Both the position numbers and the translations under genes were made by a program. The notes beneath the pieces were generated by a model. It saw only the letters and a list, made by a program, of their open reading frames with translations, had not been told where the DNA came from and made no database searches. This document shows positions 1 to 13,522 of a stretch of 64,000 nt of DNA, piece after piece. The DNA is from Eledone cirrhosa (taxonomy: Eukaryota). Where the stretch lies: NCBI GenBank assembly GCA_964016885.1, contig OZ024740.1:126542001-126606000 (forward strand). The letters run 5' to 3'. Position 1 is the stretch's first letter, and each line of letters opens with the position of its first letter.

Positions 1-281
1 CAAATTACTTCTCTAAAACCTGGCCTTTCGAGCCACTTTTTTCCATATAAAACAAGTAACGTTCAAAGACCAACCAATGTGAGAAAAACCACAGACCCTC
101 CATCTCAACTCTACTTTTGAAAAGCAGAAGAACTGCGAAACCGGTAAAGTAACCAAATAAATATATATATATTTTTTAAAATAAGATTCCAGTTGCATTT
201 TCGATTTCATCTTTTTTTCTTTATACTTTCACTCGTGTAGGACACCTCCGTTATTTTTCATTTTGTAAAAAATAACCTCAC

Positions 282-290
<9 letters not shown>
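1..290 (+). mobile_element. 3' end (pLTR) of a PLE family ('family A') ending CTCACTTTCTAA-(TA)n
   Basis: Recurs at 1490-1725 (-), 16530-16621 (-) and 42841-42996 (inverted pair). Contains an HHR. Similar to the pLTR at 55410-55535, which is attached to a GIY-YIG domain. Confidence 0.7.
112..151 (+). ncRNA. Minimal type-I hammerhead ribozyme, U3:A8 core variant
   Basis: TACTT-TTGAAAA-GCAG(AAGAA)CTGC-GAA-ACCGGT-A-AAGTA: 5-bp stem I, 4-bp stem II, palindromic stem III, GUA cleavage triplet. Confidence 0.75.
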
Positions 291-337
<47 letters not shown>

Positions 338-344
338 GTAAGGT

Positions 345-670
345 ATCCAATGATGTTGACTTGTTCTTTTTTTGGTAAATAGCATCTTGATTAAGAGAGT
401 GTGACTGGCTTTGTGCAGTGCCTTTGCTCACTATTAAAGCTTCACGGCACAGGCATTGCTTTTTATCTAGAGATGTCTCTGCACTTGTCATCACATGGTA
501 CCATGGGCCCAGCGCTATGTGTCTATACTTGTCACAAGTGTAGTGTTTGTACCAGAGTTTTCAAGTCGCTGGCTGGACTAACACGTCAACCTCGTTCAGC
601 GCTTCGGTAGGAGTTCTCCTACATGGATATAAAGTAGTGGCCGTACCCGAAAACGAGTTACTAGCCACCA
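345..670 (+). mobile_element. RTE-clade LINE 3' end with (TA)n tail
   Basis: Remnant C-terminal zinc finger [16 protein letters not shown], then a 3' stem-loop GTGGC...GCCAC. Second copy on - strand at 6250-6480. Confidence 0.55.
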
Positions 671-672
671 TA

Positions 673-703
<31 letters not shown>

Positions 704-731
704 ACATGTATACTTGTATATATATATATAT

Positions 732-765
<34 letters not shown>

Positions 766-1294
766 TTACACCTAAGCATATGCACACTGCACCATTTATG
801 GTATTTAGATAAACAACGGAAAAGTTAAATATAATAAAGCTAAAAGCGGAATGAATGATATATGAGGTATATTGAACATGCGACTTTTTAGTATGTTGCT
901 GAAAATGTCGCCATTATGTTAGTAAATGCGGAGTGTAATAGTTTCGTCCAGAAAATTGATTTTCCGAATCATACAGATTTGATTTATTTAATTCATTTTA
1001 ACAACTGCATAAGTTTGAATATCATCTCCAACCCTGGGGACTTGTGTTCAATATCGTATAGATTTAAAGAAACAGGGACATATACAACAATTTGTACATA
1101 TACTTGATAGTACAGGCAGATATAGATATCGGTGCCCACAGACGGGTAGAAGCACACACAGACACACATACAGGCACACAGAAACAGTCATGCATAGTCT
1201 GTATGAGTGTGAAGACAATAATATATATCGTACCGCATATACAAACATACAGAAAAGCCGATGAAATTTGGTCATATATATATATAAAAATATA

Positions 1295-1384
1295 TAGGAA
1301 CGAGTAGGACCCCGACGGCTGAGCTCAAGCCGTTTCGACGGCTTACCACATTTCCTTACCACGCTCCTTACCACATTTCCTTCG

Positions 1385-1387
<3 letters not shown>
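1295..1387. mobile_element. Short inverted-arm copy of a PLE-end-like repeat ('family C') in (TA)n
   Basis: GGAACGAGTAGGACCCCGACGGCTGAGCTCAAGCCGTTTCGACGG is shared with 25509-25555. The other end, CCTTACCACATTTCCTTCGTTA, is shared with 25429-25450 and about 42705-42730. Confidence 0.6.
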
Positions 1388-1429
<42 letters not shown>

Positions 1430-1489
1430 CATACATACAAACTTACATACACAAATATATACATGTATGTATATATATATACATATATA

Positions 1490-1725
1490 TATTAGAAAGT
1501 GAGTTTTTTTTTTAGTTTTTTTTTTTTTTTTACAAAATGAAAAATAACTGAGGTGTCCTAAACGTGTGAAAGTATAATGAAAAAAAGATGAAATCGAAAA
1601 TGCAACAGGAATCTTATTTAAAAAAAATATATATATATTTATTTGGTTCCTTTACCGGTTTCGCAGTTCTTCTGCTTTTCAAAAATAGAGTTGAGATGGA
1701 GAGTCTGTGGTTTTTCTCACACACA
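1490..1725 (-). mobile_element. Family A PLE 3' end, second copy
   Basis: Reverse complement of about 78-290. Confidence 0.7.
1648..1687 (-). ncRNA. Hammerhead ribozyme, U3:A8 variant (second copy)
   Basis: Reverse complement reads TTT-TTGAAAA-GCAG(AAGAA)CTGC-GAAACCGGTA-AAG. Core identical to 112-151; stem I is weaker. Confidence 0.7.
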
Positions 1726-1744
1726 TATATATATATATATAAAA

Positions 1745-1806
<62 letters not shown>

Positions 1807-2242
1807 GTATGTATAAATGTGTGCATGTTGCGTGTAGGTGAATACGTTTGTGTGCGTGCCGATATGTACTTAGGCACTCATACACAGATATATACATATC
1901 GACAGATAAATATATAGATATTATGCATGTACGTATTTGTCTGTCTGTGTATAATTTATACTCATGCGTAAATGGATGAACTTGCGTCTCTGCAAATACC
2001 CACACACGTATATATATCTTTATATATATATATGCACATGTCACTATAAATCTCTGCACATAAACATATACATGCAGACACTCAAACATCTCACACGTAT
2101 GTATATTATCTACATTTGTCTGAAATTTGTGTAGGTCTATGTGTATGTGTATGTGTAGGTGTATGTGAGTGTATACCTGTAAGTATTGCGGCTGTTTAAT
2201 TAAGTGTATGTGTAATATGCGTGTTTATAAATGTATATATAC

Positions 2243-2306
<64 letters not shown>

Positions 2307-2376
2307 GTATATATAGATATATATACATAAATATATATTATATATATACATATATATTCATACATATATGTGTGTA

Positions 2377-2456
<80 letters not shown>

Positions 2457-2483
2457 GATAGAGATATATTTATATATGTGGGT

Positions 2484-2562
<79 letters not shown>

Positions 2563-3486
2563 GTATGTGTATGGATATACTATATATGTATATAAATCTA
2601 TTTCAGTCCATTTACTTATCATATACAAGAATTATACAGATAGGTTGTCAAGTGAAGTTATTCGAGATTCCGTTGCTAAAGTAAATTGAATGAATATAGA
2701 CGTTTATATTTATACCATACACATATTGGAATTGAGGCCTGTTCTTTAGCATTGCTACCATTCATTCCCAAACTACATTGTAGCCGATTTAACAAAGCGT
2801 TTAATGTATATCCTGCGTTTTCCATCTTATATGAATGGTATCGTTGATGGCCGCTATATTCTTTTCACTTTATAACAAGAGATAGAATGCTTGCTCTTTT
2901 CTATACCTAAATATAAATACATAAATATATATAATCAATACAAAGAAATACATTCTCGGCTAGATTTTATTGCATACATACATATATATTAGCAAGTTAG
3001 TGTTATAACAATAAACATAATATGATATATGCCTATCTCTGCATATCTAGTTGTTCCTCATTGGGTAACAATTCAATCTGAGACAGCAAGCATTAATATC
3101 ATTGAACTAATTCTGCTAATCTCAAAGATGAATGTATAAATACGTTGAAATGTATGAAAACGTACAATATGGTCCAAATGTTACGGATACCGTCTATTAC
3201 TGTGCAACAATTCAACATAATACGGCAATCTGTTCCGTCAACCTATATGAAGAAATCTATATCGCATGATAAATGGTTTTGATTCTGTTTCGGTGCCAAG
3301 AATATATATAGTGTAACCAATCCAAGACCATAAATTATCAATTTTGAAATAAATAACCCTTTTAAACAATAACTGACAGTAACTTTTTCTTTCATTTTTC
3401 AGTCATTTACTTAATCATTAACTGATGTAAGTGTATCCTCTAATGGCGTCATATTTCAAGTAAAGTCTATTTAATCTCCACGCCGA

Positions 3487-3853
3487 CAGGGCTGGCACGA
3501 CCTATAGGCCAAGTAGGTATCCGCCTCGGGCACAGACCTCAGATCGAAGTTTTATAATAATGTTTGTAATTAAATTACATATATATTTCCTGCAATGAAT
3601 GAATAATTTACATAAAATCTTTGCTTCGTAGCAGCGTTGTTGTAATATACAAAACTTAGAGAGGGTCGGCTGGTGTTGGCATGTAACTTATTTTTAGGGT
3701 AGTCAGAGCAAGTGGTGTAAACACTAGATTTGTCAGCAGGCCGAACTGTAAGTTGAAATTATTATATTTGGGAGAATGGTGCGCTAAAATTAAGAGAAGG
3801 AGCTTACTTTATAGATCTAACTTAGCATGCTAAATCTCAAGCTACCGGGACTG
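3487..3853. mobile_element. Possible decayed hAT-like MITE
   Basis: Ends CAGGGCTGGCA...TACCGGGACTG form an imperfect TIR with GC-rich subterminal segments. No clean TSD seen. Confidence 0.3.
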
Positions 3854-5219
3854 CATATATAATAACCTCCTGGCGGAGCATGTATGTGGTTATTAGATTT
3901 GCTGCAAACAGCAGCTACGTCTCACACAAATCAAATAGATACACTGGGTCTCGAAAAAAGGAGTTGATTGTTGTAGTTAGAGCACATGATTTGAAGGTAG
4001 AATATCAATATACATAAACCCAGGGCTCTAAGACTTATATTCTAACCGTGCGACTGAAACACTGTAAAATATATCGAACATTGAATTGTACATATATCTT
4101 CTGCTTCTCTGCTCATCCATACATCGTCAACAGTTTCAGTTTATTTCTGTTTAGTTCAGGCAAGTTTCGTTTAACGCTATGATGCCTAAATTCAATGAAA
4201 CGAAGAACAATTCAATATTATTGCCGGAAGCTTATATTGTCAAATCTAAATATTTAATAATCTCCCGGGTAATGTTATTGTTGCTGTTTGGCCTCAGAAC
4301 AAATCAGAATCAATTACACAAGGGATATAAAGCACTCCATGTATGGTCATTCGGTCTATTACCCCTTCATTTCATCGATTCCAGAGGAACGAATGTGAAG
4401 GCTGTCAGTGGCGCCGTTTGATCTCAGAACATAAAGACCAGTAGCAAATAATGCATTAACGTTCCTCTCGTTCCATCCCTGTTTGTCACCAATCATATGA
4501 TAATAATTGTTTCTAGAATAGATAAAAGGTGAGACATTTGGGTAAGAGTTAGTCGCATGTATCGAAATCAGGGCTTAACTGGTACTTATAATTTTCACAA
4601 AAAACTCAATCCATACTCATCTAATACAGCAGCCGACATTAAATTACATCAAACGTGTTATATGGCATATACATAAAACATATTTTCATAACAAACTTGC
4701 AGAACAAGAGAGAAATAGCAGAAAATAATGCTCACAACCTGGACACGAGGGCAAAGCGGGTGCAGACAAATAGATGATGCTACACTCTAAAATGACGCAT
4801 CAGAAACACAGTTGTGTCTCTAGAGGGACTTTACAATATAATATAAAACAGTTGAAAACTTAATAATAAAAATGTTAATACGACTAACCCACACGTAGAG
4901 AGAATGTATATACAGGGCACAGTATGTATATTACATAGATAGCTTTCTACGAATTGGAAAACTACGATAAGAAAACACTAAAATGTGGCTGCATTTGTTT
5001 GTCCACTAAAATCACTATGAATGAAATTCTACTCAAATAGTATCTATGATAATAATAAATATTTTTTTCTTTATTCGGCACAAAGGAAGTATAACTATGA
5101 CATATTTAGATATTTGGCGAGGATGAAGAGTTTGATGTATATATACATACAGACAAGCGCATATATATATATTTATATGGGTGTGAATGTGTGTATGTAT
5201 GTGTAAATGGGTAACAAGT

Positions 5220-6480
<1,261 letters not shown>

Positions 6481-6558
6481 TACCATCAGGGTTGCAGGTG
6501 TTATATTAGAGTTTTCCTTCTACTAGAATTCTGCCTTGACAAAGGCTAAGGGGTCATC

Positions 6559-6747
<189 letters not shown>

Positions 6748-6859
6748 TAAGAGGAATTCCAACTTTGTCTGATTTACTCGTTTTATTTACAATCCTTTAA
6801 AATATATAATGGTATTATAATGAAATAGTATGATAGAATATTAAATTCTAAGTGTTAAT

Positions 6860-6898
6860 TGAACAAGTACTTTCATGCTTTCGCAATCTTCAGGTTCA
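6860..6898 (-). ncRNA. Minimal type-I hammerhead ribozyme in the Neptune pLTR
   Basis: Reverse complement reads TGAAC-CTGAAGA-T-TGC(GAAA)GCA-T-GAA-AGTACT-T-GTTCA: canonical core, 5-bp stem I, GNRA-capped stem II, palindromic stem III. Confidence 0.8.
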
Positions 6899-7209
6899 TA
6901 ATATGTGGTGACAGTCGAGTTTGCAATTTTCAACTGTAATGAGATGGGTAAATTTCCTACCTTTTATACATTTTGTACAGAGAAAAGTGGCTCCAGAATG
7001 CTAAGCCCTGTAAACTGTAGTTCGACCAATCAGTGTGTAGTTTCACTGAATTACTAAAGCTGATTGGTTTAAGCGTCACAGCTGGTTGAGCATGCTAACG
7101 ACCAATGATCATATCCAAAGCATCAATTGTTTTGCTATGTTTAGAAATGATGAAAATAGCATTTTCTGTTAATCATCACCATCAACATCACTTTTATTAT
7201 TATTATTGC

Positions 7210-7261
<52 letters not shown>

Positions 7262-7308
7262 AGTGGTCGTGGTCATAGTGGTAGTAGAAGTAGTACCCCT
7301 AAGCGTTA

Positions 7309-8370
7309 TTATTGTTCATTTAGGTTGGGTTTGAATTTATCAATAACATTATTTTCTTTGATTTTTCTCTTGATTTCACTTGGGCTGTGTAATTTGTAGA
7401 ATGGGAATATTATAAATATTCCCTGACCACATGTTGCCAGGTGGCCGCTTAGGGGTATCTGACAGACATTTGGGTCTCTGATTTGTTGACGGTGTACCCG
7501 TGCACGTTCCGATAGTGCATTTCCAGTTTGACCGACATATAGTTCTTCACAATTCGGGCATTTAATGCAGTAAATTAGATTTTTGCTTTTGCAGTTCATA
7601 TTTGCATTTGGGAATATTTTTCCAGTTTTTGTTTTCATATATTGACCGGCGTGTATGGATTGACATGTGCCGCATCGACTATCATTGCATTTAGATACAG
7701 TGAATGATTGGTCTTTGTTGTTAAGGTCAAACTTTGCTTTTGTTAGTAATTGCTTCAAATTTTTTGGCTGTCTTTTACTAAGAGTCAAAGATCGATCTAT
7801 GATTAAGCCTTTTAATTCATTACTTTGAGCAATGATCGGTAGGTTTGCTTTGGCAGTGTTGAAGATATTCTGGTGACATGGGTTGTGTGTCATTATAAAT
7901 GGTATGACCAGTTCTTGGTTTCTTCTTCCTTGGGTTGTTCTAAGTTGTTGTATAGGTATTTTTATAGCCCGCTGTATGCCATTTTCTATAAGTAGAGGTG
8001 GGTATTTTTGTTTGAGCAAAAATTCTCTTAGTTCTGTTAGGCGTTTGTACCTGGTATTCGTATCTTCTACAATGGTACACATTCTTCTGGCTAGGCAGTA
8101 TGGGATGTTGCGTTTTGTATGAGGTGGATGGCACGACTTAAAATTCAGATATTGATGGGTGTCTGTGTGTTTATAATATATATCCGTGGTAATGGTGGTG
8201 TCGTTTTTGATTATCGTTATATCTAGGAATGGTAATTTGGTCCTACTCATGTCTTTTGTGAATTGGAGAGATGTGTGTAGGTTATTCAGGAGGATAATGA
8301 ACTCATCCAGAGTATCTAGAGATTCTGTCCAGATGATGAAACAGTCGTCAAGGTATCTCTTCCAAGATGT
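7309..8370 (-). CDS. PLE reverse transcriptase C-terminal half, thumb and GIY-YIG endonuclease (5'-truncated, stop-free)
   Basis: The frame extends upstream of the listed ATG to WKRYLDDCF. Motifs: LPFLD, TDIYYKHTDTHQYL...SCHP, CNDSRCGTC linker, NLIYCIKCPNCEELYVGQT...RARVH. Confidence 0.88.
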   Translation of the reverse strand, partial: TSWKRYLDDCFIIWTESLDTLDEFIILLNNLHTSLQFTKDMSRTKLPFLDITIIKNDTTITTDIYYKHTDTHQYLNFKSCHPPHTKRNIPYCLARRMCTIVEDTNTRYKRLTELREFLLKQKYPPLLIENGIQRAIKIPIQQLRTTQGRRNQELVIPFIMTHNPCHQNIFNTAKANLPIIAQSNELKGLIIDRSLTLSKRQPKNLKQLLTKAKFDLNNKDQSFTVSKCNDSRCGTCQSIHAGQYMKTKTGKIFPNANMNCKSKNLIYCIKCPNCEELYVGQTGNALSERARVHRQQIRDPNVCQIPLSGHLATCGQGIFIIFPFYKLHSPSEIKRKIKENNVIDKFKPNLNEQ

Positions 8371-8465
8371 GTACCATTATTGATGTGACCTGTTATTTTT
8401 ATCTAAAGACATTTTTTCCAATTCCATACCCCCGACCCATCAATTTCTTTTATTTCTTATTCTTT

Positions 8466-8499
8466 CTTCTGGTGAAGGACTAGCGTCCGAACCGTTAAG
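8466..8499 (+). ncRNA. Degenerate hammerhead motif in an older pLTR remnant
   Basis: CTT-CTGGTGA-A-GGAC(TAGC)GTCC-GAACCGTT-AAG, with two core substitutions (A6G, A15.1C). Confidence 0.5.
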
Positions 8500-8699
8500 T
8501 CCCTCTTCCTGCTATATCAAACGTTAACCTAATATATACCTTCCATATACTGTACCGATTGTGTTGTTATTTCTGTTTAACTTTTACATATATATATGCA
8601 CATAACCTGAAAGTGTATCCGTTGCCGGTCATCACATTCTATTCTTGGACATCGGTTTTTCCTGTTGGTTTTGTCTGAAAAGTGCATGGTTCTATGGAA

Positions 8700-10242
8700 G
8701 CCACACCCACTATAATAAAGTTCTGGAATGGATAATGGTCAATGTTTTCAAAGGATATACGATGACAAAGTAGAGAGTAGTTATGTTTACAGGCCTAACA
8801 AGCTGGAAATTAATTGTAGCACAATCCCACGTTGGCCTCTTGAGGTATTTGTTGTTTGTCTCCAAACAAGAAATGGCACCACAAGGCAGCACGCCACGTG
8901 ACTAAGTAACTATTTCCTGTGATAGCACTGCACTGTATATCAGCTATCCAGACAAGGGGTCGGATAATGCCTTGCTATATCTAAGCTGGCCCGCAACCAT
9001 GATTATCTGCTGTTTACTTATGCTACCAACATACTACTATTGAAATGATTAATAAGTCAAATCATAGAGAAAATTCAACACCATCTATGGCATCATTAAA
9101 AACTGCATCCTGAAAACTATGCCCGCTCTTAGATTCATCAGGCTCAAATCAACCTAAACGTTGAACTGTTCTTATCTGCAAAGTCTTCCATCGGTACTAA
9201 CTGTATATTTTGTGTCTCCCCGAAACACAGATACCTGAATTTCGCTACCCAGACGAAACAGACTCAGGATACAACTTATTCTGCAATGGTCGACTAGAAG
9301 ATGATCGTTATTGAAAAGAAAGTCGTTTTTTGTTCTATGAACAACCCTGGTGCAACATATGACGGAGTTTCATTATGGTATCTACGATAGGATTGTGACA
9401 CATATGTTGCCGTTATGATTTAGGTCAGTGTGTACGCTGTGACTGGTGCTAATCCAAATATAAATAATTAAATTTTACCGGATCTGTAAATTGTCTTGAA
9501 AAATGTAAATAAGTGATTTAAATGCTTGTATTGGATGTGAAGCTACTAATTGGAGCAGCACAGGTCGTCATGTAATAAGAAAGTGTAATAGCAGCGAAAT
9601 GCTTTTGTAGCAGATATCGTCAGGAATTCAATCTAGTCATAGAAAACACATAGTTAAGATAAAAGAAAAAGTGCAATTGGGCCTTGAAGCAGCCATGATC
9701 ATGTCATTGGCATATCAGTGTCTATGTCATTGTGAGACGTAACCATTTGCATCAAGACAGCTCTATCTGCTGTATGAGAGTTGCAGAATGTTGGATGGAT
9801 TATCTTCTAGGAAATATTCTCCATGTTCGTGTTCAGAAGAGATGAAACAGGACAGTGCGAGGATCAGAAAAGTATGAATATATAACAATAGGTCTGCTCG
9901 GAAAAACCAATGTTCATTAAGCGGTTCAGCAAATTGAAATCACACACATTGATGATGTATGTCAATCTTTCAGCAAATAGCTCTGATTCAGCAGATAAAA
10001 CTTTGAGTTATGCAGATAAGGAAATACCTGGACTGGTTTATTGTAAATGGAAAGAAGTGGAAAGCATCCTAACAGAAAAGAAAGAATGTCTCAACAAGTT
10101 CATGTCATTTACCAAGGAACGAGCAGAAAACTCTCGGTTGGAGAAGGCATTCAAGGAATGGAAGGAGTGGTTTCAGTACGAACTACTTAGGCGCGTTATA
10201 CAGTGCATCAAATACGAACCTCGACAAAAAACGAGAAGCTAA
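8700..10242 (+). pseudogene. Highly decayed LINE-like (possibly L1-type) RT remnant
   Basis: Faint motifs: NGTTRQ (cf. GTRQG), YLLFTYATNILL (cf. LLYADD), SGSNQPK/INLN (cf. SGLKIN). Many stops. Confidence 0.3.
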
Positions 10243-11295
10243 ATCATGATATCGCATTCCACTCTACGCCGATTTTCTTCTTCATGTTAAACCTGAAAAC
10301 TTCATCGAAGAGGAATGTGAATAACTTCAACCTTTAAAACGTGTCCACCACATGACATATTTCGTAATGGACAGTAAGTAGATAAAAGCTTTTTGCCTAT
10401 CTTGGCTAAAGAATGTGGTGGAGCTATCTTCATGATAGCCGGATCCGTCCATACCCGGCAGTAGGTGTTCGACATAAACCCACAGGTTAGCAATATGCGG
10501 ATACCCGAAATGGGTACCGAACAGTTTCATCGTCCTCGGTGCATCACAGACTGACTGACTGATGAACCATCCATGCCTGTAGAGTTTATATTGAACTTGT
10601 AATGCTCCCCGGTACCAATGTCAAATCAGGGATTTCTTCGCCATGGATCCTGGTCCAAACGTTATCCAGAAAACAGTGGTTAAATGATTTTCCTCGACGT
10701 TCCAATTCTCCTCCAAAAGCTCCTTGTATTTACCCACCACTTATATTCTATACAACGCGAGAGTAGAGTTTTCACCGTCCACAAGGCCCCATTGATTGAA
10801 GGCTGTGAGCGCTTGAGGACATTTCAGTTTCCAAGTGCTCCACTATGGTCTTCGCTTGTCAATGGAGTGCAGATCTCTCAAGAAAACTCAGGAAACTCGC
10901 AGCAAGTAGACAGTGACCACATCTGGTGAACGTCAAGAAACATTTGGTGATGACATAGCCTCCGCGTATATTTTCGCAAAGTCAACCACAGTATGCTCAG
11001 TCCTCCATGTTGACAGTAAACGGACGGCTGATCATTGGCTTATGTTCTTTCCTCAAAACTAATTATGTAATTATAATAGAGCCCCCCCCCCCACACACAC
11101 CCTCTATGCGAGTTGTCTTAGCCACCCCCACTGCATGAGGTGGAGTTTCTTATGGATAGGTCTCTACTGATCTGTCCAGAATGGTGTCTTCCTTATCAGA
11201 CTAATGACAGCAAGTGCGATTCTCGTGGCTAAGACAGACGAAATTTGAGTACCTGTTTATGTCACTGTTGTAATTATACATATATATATATATAA

Positions 11296-11367
<72 letters not shown>

Positions 11368-12249
11368 ATATGGTGATGATGAAGCTGGCGATGATGACTA
11401 AGCATCCTTCTGGAGCCAGAAAACGCCGGAAAACATCGAATCAGGAACAATTGGTAACCACACTAATCCACGTTCGCCCTGGCTAATACTTAATAAGAAA
11501 CCAATATATTTACAAGGGCAGAAACTGGTTGTGGAAGGACACGCCACGGCAGTATTTGTTTCCTACTTTATTTTATAGTCCTAGGAGTAGGAATAGAAAT
11601 GCTAACCTAGCTGGGAATGAAATGATACACTTAAAATAGCAGAGGAAATATCGGAATGTAATTTGACAGACGATAAACTGATTACATCCAATGCCAGCAC
11701 TTGACTGCATATTACTAATATTCATAACAATGTTTAACCATTGACGACGTGTTCAATCCAAGGAGAACCAAAGCTGAGCTGTTGGATGAACATATTTTGA
11801 TCAGTTCTCTTTTATTACAATGTCAACGATCTGAAATCTAGCGCAACAAATGGTTACTCTGCTTTTGTAGAGGCGTCATATATTCTCCGAATTTAAACCA
11901 CCATATATAGCTTAAATCCTTCACATGTCAACTGCCTAATATCTTTATTATTGTTATGCTATTGTAACGGATCAGTATCCATTGCCTTTACATGTCCAGA
12001 GAAGACGTCAATATAGACAAGATAAATATTCACCTCGAACAACTGACGACTAGAAGAGAATTATAGACATTTGGTACACATATTTCCGAGTGTGCCAATA
12101 ACTACCACAGTTGCATAAATATTTTATATCCAGCTGAATCATATAAAGTCCTACATTTGTCCCACAATGGACGATGATAGATTGTTTATGTTAGCTTTTG
12201 TCTCAATTAAAGTGTAGCCTACTGAGATGGAATTTAATAACGTAATAGA

Positions 12250-12780
12250 AGTGCATTCTCGCAAGGTGGAGATATTACATTGCTGATCACATGAAACCAC
12301 TGGCGGGTGTAAAATCAATCAGCTTGAATTTGGAGACGACATGGTGTTAATTAAATCTAGAGTAGGTGATGTCTGACTTGGACTCGATAGGTTTGATGCC
12401 GAGTGCTGCATGGCTAAAATTACAATAAGTGCTGCGAATACTGAGACACTCGTCCTCCCAGGAATGTCTGCGCAATGCACTTTACATGTAAATGGAGTTC
12501 CACAGAAGCAGGTTCAGGAGTAATGGAAGGCAGGAGGCCGAATTAAGTGCAAGAATTGCAAAAACTGGTACAGAAAGGCGCCAGCTTCAGGATTCGGGAG
12601 TCAAAAGAGAGGAGGCAGGTGTAAAAGCTAAACTCGCTACTTCTCTGAATTGAGAGATCGCAGCTCCACTACTATAAGCATGTGGAGATAATGTCTGAAG
12701 AAAGAATCGCTGAACAACTTTTAAAGGCAGGAGATGCAGGTGTAAACTCCGAGAAAGATGGTTGCATAACATCCAAGAGC
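12250..12780 (+). pseudogene. RTE-clade RT fragment
   Basis: NQLEFGDDMVLI...CCMAKITISAANTE. Homologous to 28850-29480. Confidence 0.65.
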
Positions 12781-13198
12781 TTGGCTGGTCTCGCTTGGGG
12801 GTCCACACGGATCAGTTGGAGACGGTTGCTTCTAACAGGACCCACTCGGTAAAGTGTTGAACGGCTCTGTCCCCACGACGGCATCAAGAATACGTGGGCG
12901 AGGTAAAAGAAGAAAAACAAAAATAGATAATATTGCCCAGATGAAGTCTAAACAAAAGAGATTGTTGTTCTGTCTTACATTCTTTCACATAGTTTGGTTT
13001 TTGTTCTTTTAACGTTTAAACTTTAAATATGTAACACGTTTATATTGTTTCGAAATGTATGAGCTTACTGTATGTCCTTCGTTTATTGTTTGATATTGAT
13101 TACAAAATATAAATATACAATGTGCATAGAAATATTTGGCGTATGCCAAGGTGCCTTTCTTTATGTGCTTGCCCGTCCTAATTTCCACTGCTTATCAC

Positions 13199-13229
<31 letters not shown>

Positions 13230-13405
13230 CGTCTTAGACGATATATATATATATCTTCTAAGACATAACATATCCATATTACGAATTGTATTAATGCAGT
13301 TTACTTGCTCAATATGAAAACACTGACACATAAACACACACACACACACACGCACACACACATATACATATATACATCTATACATATATACATACATATA
13401 TATAT

Positions 13406-13522
<117 letters not shown>

